Shown here in pieces: positions 37,528 to 46,700 of a stretch of 49,242 bases of DNA. Numbering within the stretch: the stretch's first letter is position 1; each line of letters begins with the position of its first letter. Source of the stretch: an uncultured Omnitrophica bacterium (GTDB lineage: Bacteria; Omnitrophota; Gorgyraeia; JACQQV01); the NCBI GenBank assembly GCA_947085655.1, contig CAMTXH010000004.1:1-49242 (forward strand), given 5' to 3'. Under the pieces are notes generated by a model that had not been told where the DNA came from, made no database searches, and was given only the letters and a program-made list of their open reading frames with translations. The translations under genes and the position numbers were made by a program.

Positions 37528-39280
37528 GCAACCTCACCTCATCTTTTAAATGCTCAAGAATGAATTTCGGAGAGACCGGCCGGCCGTCATACCTCAGAAC
37601 CCGCTTGTCCACCTGAATGCCGGTATAGGTCCGGATCATGTTGGCCAGTTGTCCCGTATAGTTCCCCTCCACGCAGACCATATATTTAGCTTCCTTTAAC
37701 AGCGGAGTGACCTTTTCCTCCGGAAACGGCCAGAGATCCATGAAATGGAGCATATTGGCCTGCATTCCCTCTTTGTTCAGCCGGTCCACCGTTTCCCGGA
37801 GCGCCCCGTAGGTAGAGCCCCATCCGATGAGCGTGATTTCCGCTTTCTTGGAACCGTAGACCTGGGGGGCGGACATCTCCTCGACGGCAAGATCGAGTTT
37901 CCGCATCCTTTTTTCCATCATCTTGTTCCGCGTCGCGGCATCCTCAATGATATGCCCCTGCTCATCATGCTCGTCGCTGGTGGTCATGAAGACTGCCTTT
38001 GGATGGCCCGGAATCGCCCGCGGGGAAATGCCCGACTCTGTTATCGCATGTCGTTTGTAGTCGGAGGCCAATTTATCGAGGGCCGCTTCATCCAGAAGGG
38101 TTCCCCTTTCAATCGGAATCTTTGTAAAATCAAACGCCTTCAATTCCACCGTCCGGACCGCTGCGGATTGATAAAGATCGGTCAACACAATGACCGGGCA
38201 TTGATACTTCTCGGCCAGATTGAACGCGCGCCAGCCCGCCTCAAAACATTGCTCAAGATTTCCGGGAGCCAGAATAATGCGCGGGAACTCTCCCTGAGAG
38301 GCGCGGAGGACAAATTCCAGATCCCCCTGTTCGGTCCGGGTCGGCAGTCCCGTGGAAGGGCCTGCCCGCTGGGCCTCCACCACGACAATGGGCGTTTCGG
38401 TACAACCGGCCATGCCGAGCGCTTCCACCATCAGACTGAAACCGCCGCCGGAAGTGGCCGTCATCGAGCGAACCCCTGCGTGTGCTGCGCCGATCGTCAT
38501 CAGGATCGCGGAAATTTCATCTTCGGTCTGTTTGGTGAGAACGCCGAACTGATTTCCATTTGCAGAGAGATACTCAATAATGGTGGAGGCGGGGGTCATC
38601 GGATAGCCGGCCATAAAGCGGCAGCCGCCCCCGATCGCCCCAAGACAGATCGCCTGATTCCCGTGAAGGACCATCCGCTTCGGCGCTCCGGAGATGCTGT
38701 TCAGTTTGAACTTGAAGGATTTGGCATATTTTTCCTTGGCGATATCATACGCCTGCCGGGCAAGTTTCAGGTTGTTCTCGACAACCTTCTCCCCCTTCCG
38801 CTTGAAATTCTCCCGGATCACATCCGCAATCCGCTCGAAGTCATACTCCGTCACGCCGACCGCCGCGCCGATCGCCGCGGTGTTGGCCATGATCCGGTCT
38901 GCCCCCGCTTCATACGCAAGCTTCACCAGCGGCATCGGGAAAAGCAGGATCCCTTTTGCCCGGAGGGAATCGGCATCGAATTTCAGATCCTCGTTATAAA
39001 TAACGGCGCCTCCCTTGACGAGTTCGCTTTTGTGTTCGGAGATCGCCTGGTCATTCAACGCCAAAAGAAGATGGAGTTCATCCGCATGACAAAAGAGCGG
39101 TTCGGAACTGGCCCGGATCTGATAAAAGTTGTAACCGCCCCGGATCCGGGACATGTAATCCGAATTCCCGAAGACAAAAACGCCTCCCCGGGAAAGGGCT
39201 TTCACGAACCCGAAGCCGCTCGATTCAACCCCCTGACCGGCCTCTCCTCCGATTTTAATGGTTACATCAAACGTCGCCAT
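37520..39280 (-). CDS. 2-oxoacid:ferredoxin oxidoreductase alpha subunit (gamma-alpha fusion)
   Basis: GGEAGQG, SRIRGG, YPMTP, EDE, TSGGG, GPSTGLPT. Confidence 0.95.
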   Translation of the reverse strand: MATFDVTIKIGGEAGQGVESSGFGFVKALSRGGVFVFGNSDYMSRIRGGYNFYQIRASSEPLFCHADELHLLLALNDQAISEHKSELVKGGAVIYNEDLKFDADSLRAKGILLFPMPLVKLAYEAGADRIMANTAAIGAAVGVTEYDFERIADVIRENFKRKGEKVVENNLKLARQAYDIAKEKYAKSFKFKLNSISGAPKRMVLHGNQAICLGAIGGGCRFMAGYPMTPASTIIEYLSANGNQFGVLTKQTEDEISAILMTIGAAHAGVRSMTATSGGGFSLMVEALGMAGCTETPIVVVEAQRAGPSTGLPTRTEQGDLEFVLRASQGEFPRIILAPGNLEQCFEAGWRAFNLAEKYQCPVIVLTDLYQSAAVRTVELKAFDFTKIPIERGTLLDEAALDKLASDYKRHAITESGISPRAIPGHPKAVFMTTSDEHDEQGHIIEDAATRNKMMEKRMRKLDLAVEEMSAPQVYGSKKAEITLIGWGSTYGALRETVDRLNKEGMQANMLHFMDLWPFPEEKVTPLLKEAKYMVCVEGNYTGQLANMIRTYTGIQVDKRVLRYDGRPVSPKFILEHLKDEVRLHV

Positions 39281-39297
39281 GGATGTTTCCTTGCGTT

Positions 39298-39364
39298 AGG
39301 GACGTTTTCAGCAAGTGTCCCTATCGTGAGCATGATACAAGGGACACTTTCTGAAAACGTCCCT
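39298..39364. repeat. REP-like inverted repeat (GGGACGTTT family)
   Basis: agggacgttttcag..aagtgtccct / agggacactt..ctgaaaacgtccct. Confidence 0.8.
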
Positions 39365-39404
39365 TTAACTATATAGTTTACTATACAATCGACAAAAATG
39401 CAAC

Positions 39405-40973
39405 TCAAATTACGCGATCGTAATCCTCGACGGGGAGTTTCCAGACCGGAACGCCGCAATACCGTTCTCCCTCGGGACAGAAGGGCTGTTTTCCCGCTTC
39501 TTGCCGGATCCAACAGGGAGCCCCGAGATATTTTCCGATATTCGGAAAGATTTTCTTCACCTGCATCACTTCCTCGTGGCAGCTTTTCCAGATTTCTTCC
39601 TGCGCGGTATAACAGAGCCGCTGCACCCATTTGTGATGGAAATTCAAAAGATCCCCCGACTCCTCAAACCGGATGGAAACCGCATTCGGAAGAAGATAAA
39701 ACGCGAATTCCTCCTTCACCCCGAGATTCAAAAGATCCTCGATCGCCTTCCAAACTGTCCGCATCGTCTTTTGATAATCGGAAAGGGCCTCCGGATTCAT
39801 CTCGATCAGTTGGGGAACAATGTAATCCGGCTTTGAGGGACGGATGTGGCGCGACAGGACCGGCCGGGAACCGGGCACCATCCGGTGGCGCTGGTCCTGG
39901 GAATCGGCTGTATGCGAGAGTTTCTTCCGGAAGGTAAAATGGGGATGGACCATCGTCCGGGTCAGTTTGCCAAGTGTCGTAAGCGTCAGCGCCTGGGGAA
40001 GATACGGATCTTTCCTGGGATCCAACACCCACGCAATCGCCTCTTCATCCGAAAGCCGCTCCCGGGGAAGTCCCAGGATCGAGCGGACCGCTTGGGCCAT
40101 CGTCTCTTCCCCTTTTACCTTATAGTCAATGAGTTTTGAGGTATAGGAGCCGAGCTCTTCGTCAAATTCCTTCAGGAATGACTCCGTAGAATCCCCTCCC
40201 TTCTGGAGTGTTTGGAAGGTCTGATATTCCAAAGTCTCCTCAAGGGGAATCACATCCTCGATGAATTTGAAAAACTCCGGATCGACCTGACTTACCGCCT
40301 CCACCATCTTTTCGACGACGATCCGGCTTTCATAAGGGGTATCATACTGCTCGCAGAGGCGGTGGTACCGGTGAAGCGTGATGCCGCTCACCGTATGGTA
40401 AAGATGGGCATGGGTCGCAATCGGAAGGACGTAGCGGGCCACTTCCAGTTTCTTCTTTTTAACGGCACTGGCCCATCGCTTTTCCGAGGGATCGCGGCTT
40501 GGAAAGATCTTTCGGTACTCGGTCTGCGTCGTCGGCTCCAATATGTCAATCAACCGGTGATAGGCGGCCATCTGGAAATCGAGGGTCTTCCGGTAAAGGG
40601 CTTTCGCCTTCGCCGTAAGAGGCGGGATGGTAAAATGCTCGGGCTTCACCTCGACATAGCGTTGTGAAACTTGTTCTGAATTGTAATAAGGATGTGAATG
40701 GAGAAAACTCCAGAGACACTGGCGGCTCACTTTGTCGAGGACAAACTGGAAGGTGGCATGTTGGAGGGTGGTGTGGTGGCCTGCCTTGTAGATGCTTTGG
40801 GCAATCGCATCCCGCCGCTCCCGCGCCGCCTCATCTTTGGAAACATCCTCCGCACTCACAACCTTTGAAGAGTAGCAGGTCCGGGCGGTGGCTACCGCAT
40901 TGTCATAAGCATCCTGGAAATAATTCTCCAGAATGACGACCGGCTCGTCGGAAAGGAAGCGTTTTTCCGTCAT
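39405..40973 (-). CDS. thyX: FAD-dependent thymidylate synthase with tandem ThyX domains, 522 aa
   Basis: ARTCYS, GH.TTLQH, EQVSQRY, EVARYVLP in the N-half; QRHR, YLLPNA, RLC..AQEEI in the C-half. Confidence 0.85.
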   Translation of the reverse strand: MTEKRFLSDEPVVILENYFQDAYDNAVATARTCYSSKVVSAEDVSKDEAARERRDAIAQSIYKAGHHTTLQHATFQFVLDKVSRQCLWSFLHSHPYYNSEQVSQRYVEVKPEHFTIPPLTAKAKALYRKTLDFQMAAYHRLIDILEPTTQTEYRKIFPSRDPSEKRWASAVKKKKLEVARYVLPIATHAHLYHTVSGITLHRYHRLCEQYDTPYESRIVVEKMVEAVSQVDPEFFKFIEDVIPLEETLEYQTFQTLQKGGDSTESFLKEFDEELGSYTSKLIDYKVKGEETMAQAVRSILGLPRERLSDEEAIAWVLDPRKDPYLPQALTLTTLGKLTRTMVHPHFTFRKKLSHTADSQDQRHRMVPGSRPVLSRHIRPSKPDYIVPQLIEMNPEALSDYQKTMRTVWKAIEDLLNLGVKEEFAFYLLPNAVSIRFEESGDLLNFHHKWVQRLCYTAQEEIWKSCHEEVMQVKKIFPNIGKYLGAPCWIRQEAGKQPFCPEGERYCGVPVWKLPVEDYDRVI

Positions 40974-40982
40974 ATCTCCACC

Positions 40983-41042
40983 TAGGGACGTTTCTAGTTC
41001 TGGCTCTAACCTGTCCCCAGTACCTTCTTGGGACAGTCCCTA
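40983..41042. repeat. REP-like hybrid element
   Basis: tagggacgtttctagttctggc (identical to 12901-12922) joined to gggacagtcccta. Confidence 0.8.
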
Positions 41043-42161
41043 TCATATCTCCAGGACCTTTGGAAAGCGGGTCAGGTTTTTGTTCCCGGTTTTGGTGACC
41101 ACCACCATATCTTCAATCCGGACCCCTCCCGCATCCAAATAATAAAGCCCCGGCTCGACCGTCACAACCTGCCGGGCGCAGATTTTCTGGCTGACGGAAG
41201 AGACCCGCGGCGGCTCATGAATTTCGAGTCCGACTCCGTGTCCGGTTCCATGAAAAAATCCCTGAATTCTTCCATTCAGGGTTCCTGTCTTAAATCCTTC
41301 TTTTTCAAAGTGTTGCAAAATTTTGGTGTGGACGCTTTTTCCGTCAACCCCGTCCTTCAACATTCCGAAAGCGATCTCCTGTCCTTCTTTGACCGCCCGG
41401 TACATCTTTTTCAGTTTTGGTTTGGCTTTTCCTCTCACAACGGTCCGGGTCATGTCGGCAAAGTAACCGCTCCGGCTGGAACGGGGGAAAACATCCATCA
41501 CAATCGCTTCATCGGCATAAAGGATGCCGGATCCCCAATTATGGGGATCCACCGTATCTTGCCCACAGGCGACAATCGTCTGCTCCGCCACGCAATCCCG
41601 TTCCATGAGCGCCACATGGATCCGCTTCCGGACCGCTTCGGAGGTCAGCGGTTTTCCGTTAGCATACAGTTTTCCGTTTGTGACCCGGGCATCCGCAATC
41701 ATCCGGATCGCCTCATGCACCGCCGCCTCAACCGCCCGCTGGGTCTCGATGATTTTGTTAATCTCTTCTTCGGTCTTAAAAAGCCGCTCCTCAAAAAAGG
41801 GTTCTTCCTTTGTCAAAAGCCGGTATCCCTTTTTCTTGAGTGCCTCGCCATAAAGGATGCTGAAATTCTCCGGAACGAGAATCGTTTTGACCTTTTTTTC
41901 CTGATAAAGGTTATCGATTAGATTGATGGGGGAGGGTCTTACCCCTTTTTTGAAAAGGGTCTTGGCGAGTCGGGAGGTGGAGAGGACTTGGTCTACTTTT
42001 GCCTGGGACTTGGCCCGGTCAAGTTCCAAGTCGCTCATGAGAAGATACTTTTTCCCACGGATTTCGGTGAAGATAAAGGGGTCTGGGGCGAGGAAGCGGG
42101 TTGCGTAGTAAAGGTTTGCATCCCTTGTACTTGCGGCGATAATCAGGATGGCATCATGCAT
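41043..42161 (-). CDS. Xaa-Pro aminopeptidase (M24B)
   Basis: PH, D...GYFADMTRT, HGTGHGVGLEIHE, TVEPGLY, GVRIED. Confidence 0.93.
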   Translation of the reverse strand: MHDAILIIAASTRDANLYYATRFLAPDPFIFTEIRGKKYLLMSDLELDRAKSQAKVDQVLSTSRLAKTLFKKGVRPSPINLIDNLYQEKKVKTILVPENFSILYGEALKKKGYRLLTKEEPFFEERLFKTEEEINKIIETQRAVEAAVHEAIRMIADARVTNGKLYANGKPLTSEAVRKRIHVALMERDCVAEQTIVACGQDTVDPHNWGSGILYADEAIVMDVFPRSSRSGYFADMTRTVVRGKAKPKLKKMYRAVKEGQEIAFGMLKDGVDGKSVHTKILQHFEKEGFKTGTLNGRIQGFFHGTGHGVGLEIHEPPRVSSVSQKICARQVVTVEPGLYYLDAGGVRIEDMVVVTKTGNKNLTRFPKVLEI

Positions 42162-42174
42162 TATGAGTCCTGTT

Positions 42175-42229
42175 GGGACGTTTTCGGAAGTGTCCCAAAA
42201 GAAAAAGGGACACTTCCTGAAAACGTCCC
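42175..42229. repeat. REP-like inverted repeat (GGGACGTTT family)
   Basis: gggacgttttc-ggaagtgtccc / gggacacttcc-tgaaaacgtccc. Confidence 0.8.
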
Positions 42230-42231
42230 TA

Positions 42232-43224
42232 TTACCAACGGACCAACGCGGAGCCCCAGGTAAACCCGGAGCCGAAAGCGGCGAGACAGACCAGATTCCC
42301 CTTTTTCAGTTTCCCTTCCTCCACCGCCTCCGACAAAGCAAGGGGAATGGAAGCGGCGGTGGTATTGCCATAGCGCTGAATATTATTATAGACTTTTTCC
42401 GGGGGAAGTTTCAGGTATTCCCGGACCGCCTCCGAAATCCGGAGATTCGCTTGATGAACCACCAAGAGATCAATTTCTTCTTTCCGCTTCCGGTTTGTCG
42501 TGAGCGCTTCATCAATGACGCTGATGAATTTGGTGACGGCATGTTTAAAAACTTCCCGGCCGTTCATCCTGGGGAAATGGCGGCCCTCTTCCAGATCCTC
42601 CGGAGAAAGGGGAACGATGCTTCCCGGTTTCTCCACCCAAAGTTCCTGGGCATAGCGACCGTCCGCATGAAGGTGTGTTGAAAGGATCCCTTCTTCCCCT
42701 TCCGTCTCTTTTGCCTCGATTAAAACCGCGCCCGCCCCATCTCCAAAAAGAACCGCCACATCCCGTCCGCGGGTGGTCAGGTCAAGTCCTGTGGAATGGA
42801 CTTCGCTTCCGACCAAAAGAATCCGGTTGTACTGTCCGGCCCGGATCATGCTGTCGGCTACCGAGAGACCATAGATGAATCCGGTGCACTGGGCTCGAAT
42901 GTCGAGCGCACCGATCGAATTGATCCCTAGTTTTTGCTGTAAAAGAACGCCGGAGCCGGGAAAAAAATAGTCCGGGCTTAATGTTGCAAGTATAATAAAA
43001 TCAATATCTTGTAAACTTTTCCCGCTTTTTTGAAGGAGCCGCTTTGTGGCTTCATAGGCCAAGTCTGCCGTCCCAACACCCTTCTCAACAAAGTGGCGCT
43101 TTTCAATGCCGGTCCGCTCCCGAATCCAGGCATCGCTTGTATCCATCACCTTGGAGAGATCGTCGTTCGTCACCACTTTGGGCGGGACGTAATGACCGAC
43201 TCCAATAATCCGACTCCGCCGCAT
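42232..43224 (-). CDS. fabH: Beta-ketoacyl-ACP synthase III
   Basis: AQCTGF, LFGDGAGA, HQANLRI, GNTTAAS, FGSGFTWG. Confidence 0.95.
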   Translation of the reverse strand: MRRSRIIGVGHYVPPKVVTNDDLSKVMDTSDAWIRERTGIEKRHFVEKGVGTADLAYEATKRLLQKSGKSLQDIDFIILATLSPDYFFPGSGVLLQQKLGINSIGALDIRAQCTGFIYGLSVADSMIRAGQYNRILLVGSEVHSTGLDLTTRGRDVAVLFGDGAGAVLIEAKETEGEEGILSTHLHADGRYAQELWVEKPGSIVPLSPEDLEEGRHFPRMNGREVFKHAVTKFISVIDEALTTNRKRKEEIDLLVVHQANLRISEAVREYLKLPPEKVYNNIQRYGNTTAASIPLALSEAVEEGKLKKGNLVCLAAFGSGFTWGSALVRW

Positions 43225-43349
43225 CTTGATTCCTCTATTGGATAATTTTTTATTATAACACAGACTTTGTCAGGTGACGTTTAAATTTTTTTCTTGCATT
43301 CCGGTTTGAACTGCGGGATAATCGGCTACGGTTCTTTGAGAGGATCGAC

Positions 43350-43493
43350 GGAAAAATCCATTCTCCTTCACGTAGCGTTTGAGGGCTTCGCGGATCGCTT
43401 CACTCCCCCGGACGGCAAAGCAGGGGCACCCTCGGGGCGCTGATTCGTGCAGACAAAAATGATTTTTCGATAAGGAATAGGTCGTTTTTCCAT
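43350..43493 (-). pseudogene. Frameshifted, truncated thioredoxin-like [2Fe-2S] ferredoxin
   Basis: MEKRPIPYRKIIFVCTNQRPEG in one frame continues as CFAVRGSEAIREALKRYVKENG in another; the downstream Cys pair is missing; TATAAT lies 9 nt upstream. Confidence 0.65.
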
Positions 43494-43574
43494 ATGTTTC
43501 TTATTATACAGGGTTCTCCCCCCGTTGAAAACGTTCCCCCGAAAACGAAAAAAAGCCAAAGGGGAAGATTTTAC

Positions 43575-43603
43575 TTGACAATACAAGATGTTGTGTTATA
43601 ATA
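43575..43603 (+). promoter_or_regulatory. Consensus sigma70 promoter of nrdJ
   Basis: TTGACA(43575-43580)-17 bp-TATAAT(43598-43603). Confidence 0.85.
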
Positions 43604-43628
43604 AGGCGTAGATCACAAGATCTAGTAA
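43581..43628 (+). promoter_or_regulatory. Tandem NrdR boxes
   Basis: atacaagatgttgtgt (43581-43596) and tcacaagatctagtaa (43613-43628), 32 bp apart, resembling the consensus acaCwAtATaTwGtgt; upstream of an RNR gene. Confidence 0.8.
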
Positions 43629-43788
43629 TCGAGGTCGGGTCCATCGTGAGCAAAAAAGCCCCCAAAACGCGCCGAATCGCCTTTGTTTTCTCCCTCCCCA
43701 AACAAAAATACCTCCGATACACCCTAACATCCGAACCGACCTCAATTCAGAGCCGACACCGTAGCGGTCCAACGAAGTAGGAGGAGCC

Positions 43789-46700
43789 ATGTCTGACAAA
43801 CTCGCTCTGAAGGAAAAAATTTCCTCAAAAAAACCGGCCGCGCATCAACCAACCCCTATTAAAGGAAGAAAAACGACTTCTCCCGGCCTTTCACTTTCCC
43901 GGAAATTCACGCGGCCCGGTGTCAATCCCCTTGAGGAAGTGAAATATGTCAAGCGCTCCTCCGTAATTGCCAATCCGGACGGCTCGGTGGTCTTTGAGAT
44001 GAAGGAGGTGGAGGTTCCCGATTTCTGGTCACAGTTGGCAACCGATATTGCCGCCTCCAAATATTTCCGGAAGTGCGGTGTTCCGGAGGTAGGACGGGAA
44101 ACAAGTGTGCGTCAACTCGTGCACCGCGTGGCCCACACGCTCCGGCTGGGAGGGGAGTGGCTCGGCGGTTACTTCAAAACCAAGGAGGATGCGGAAACCT
44201 TTGAGGCGGAACTGGCCCATCTTCTCCTCCATCAGAAAGGGGCATTCAACTCCCCGGTCTGGTTCAACTGCGGACTCTGGCATTCCTACCAGATTACCGG
44301 AAGCGGGGGGAACTGGGTCTGGAACCCGAAGAGCGGCCAGATCGAGGAGACGAAAGACTCTTACAGCCGTCCCCAGTGCTCCGCCTGCTTTATCCAGTCG
44401 GTTGAGGATGACCTGATGTCGATTTTTAACCTGGTTAAAAGCGAGGCAAAACTCTTTAAATTCGGGTCGGGGACCGGTTCGAACTTCTCGCGGCTCAGGG
44501 GAAAGCAGGAAAAACTCTCCGGAGGAGGAACTTCTTCGGGGCTCATGTCCTTCCTGGAAGTCCTGGATAAAGGTGCCGGAGCCACCAAATCGGGCGGCAC
44601 CACCCGGCGGGCCGCCAAAATGGTCTGTCTGGACATGGACCACCCGGAGATCGTTGATTTTATCAACTGGAAGGTCAGGGAGGAGAAAAAAGCCAAAGCC
44701 CTGATCGAGGCCGGCTATCCGGCTGACTTTAACGGCGAGGCGTACAAAACGATCTCCGGGCAAAATTCCAACAATTCCGTCCGGGTGACGGATGCATTCA
44801 TGGAAGCGGTCCAAAAAGGCGATAAATGGGAGACCCGTTTCCGAACGACCGGCGAAGTCTGCGAAACCTTTGAGGCGCGGAATCTCTTCCGGCAGATTTC
44901 AGAGGCGGCCTGGAACTGTGCCGACCCGGGCATCCAGTACGATACCACCATCAACAACTGGCACAAGACTCCGAATACAGATCGGATTTATGCGTCTAAC
45001 CCGTGCTCGGAATTCATGTACATGGACGACACCGCCTGCAACCTCGCTTCAATCAATTTAATGAAATTCTTAAGGGAAGACGGGTCCTTTGACATCGAGG
45101 GGTACCGTCATGCCTGCCGGATTTTTATCATTGCCCAGGAGATCATCGTCGATTTCGCCTCCTATCCCACTAAAAAGATCGCCCAGAATAGCCACGATTA
45201 CCGCCCGCTCGGGCTTGGCTACGCCAATTTGGGAACGCTCCTCATGGTGAGCAGCATTCCTTATGATTCGGATCGGGCCCGTGCCATTTCAGAGGCGCTG
45301 ACCGCCATCATGTGCGGACAGGCGTACCGGACTTCCGCAGAAATCGCATTTCAAAAAGGACCCTTCCCCGGCTTTGCGAAAAACCGGGAACCGATGCTCA
45401 AAGTCATCGGGATGCACCGAGAGTGCGCTTACCGGATTAACCCCTCTGCCTGCCCGGAGGAACTGTTGAAGGCGGCGCGTCAGGATTGGGATGAGGCGCT
45501 TCGTCTGGGCAAACAGCATGGCTACCGGAACGCCCAGACCACGGTGATTGCCCCAACCGGGACTATCGGGCTTTTGATGGATTGCGATACCACCGGTGTG
45601 GAGCCCGATTTTGCCCTTGTCAAATTCAAAAAGCTTGCCGGAGGCGGGTATTTCAAAATCGTAAACCAATCGGTTCCAAAGGCACTCCAGCGGCTCCATT
45701 ATTCAGACGAGGAAATCCGGGACATCCTCACCTATGTCAACGGAACGCTGACGCTGGAAAAAGCCCCCTATGTCAACTCCCAGACCCTGAAAGCAAAGGG
45801 GCTGACGGACGAAGACCTTAACAAGATTGAGAAAACCCTTCCTTCGGTCTTTGAGCTCCCTTACGCGTTCACCGTTTGGACGTTGGGTGAGACGACGATG
45901 AAGCGTCTCGGGGTCCCGTCCGAAACGTACAACCGGTTCGACTTTAATCTCCTCAAATACCTTGGATTTTCCCTGGAGCAGATTGAGGCGGCCAACCAGG
46001 TCATCTGCGGGCGGATGACCGTGGAAGAGGCGCCCCACCTCCGGGAAGAACACCTGCCGGTCTTTGACTGCGCCAACCGGTGCGGGAAATACGGAAAGCG
46101 CTACATCGCCCCGATGGGTCATGTCAAAATGATGGCCTCTGTCCAAAAGTTCATCTGCGGGGCGATTTCCAAAACGGTGAATCTCCCGAGCCATGCCACC
46201 GTCGAGGACATTGAGCAAATTTACGTCGAGGGGTGGAAGCTGGGGCTCAAGGCGATCGCTCTTTACCGGGACGGGTGCAAATCCTCCCAGCCGCTCAACA
46301 CAAGCGGCGAAAGTCTCAAAGACGAGACAAAGAAAGAACCGAAAGGCGAGCCGTTTTCTCCCCAGCGAAAGCGTCTCCCGAAGAAACGGAGCGGCTGGAC
46401 CCAGGAAGCAAAGGTCGGCGGCCATAAGATCTATTTGAGAACCGGCGAGTACGAAGACGGAAAACTCGGCGAAATCTTTGTCGATATGCACAAAGAGGGG
46501 GCGACGCTCCGTTCCATCATGAACTGCTTTGCGATTGCGGTCTCTCTCGGGCTTCAGTACGGTGTGCCGCTGGAGGAGTACGTCAATATCTTCACCCACC
46601 AGAAGTTTGAGCCGCAGGGTCCGGTGGACCACCCGAACATCAAACATGCAACGAGTATCGTGGACTTTATGTTCCGGTTATTGGCCATGGAGTACCTTGA

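Noticed and set aside
683-42229. Palindromic repeats as CRISPR arrays
   Set aside because: They are dispersed doublets, not regularly spaced arrays, and there are no cas genes in the window
43604-43788. Cobalamin riboswitch upstream of nrdJ
   Set aside because: No B12-box or other recognisable conserved cobalamin riboswitch core is visible
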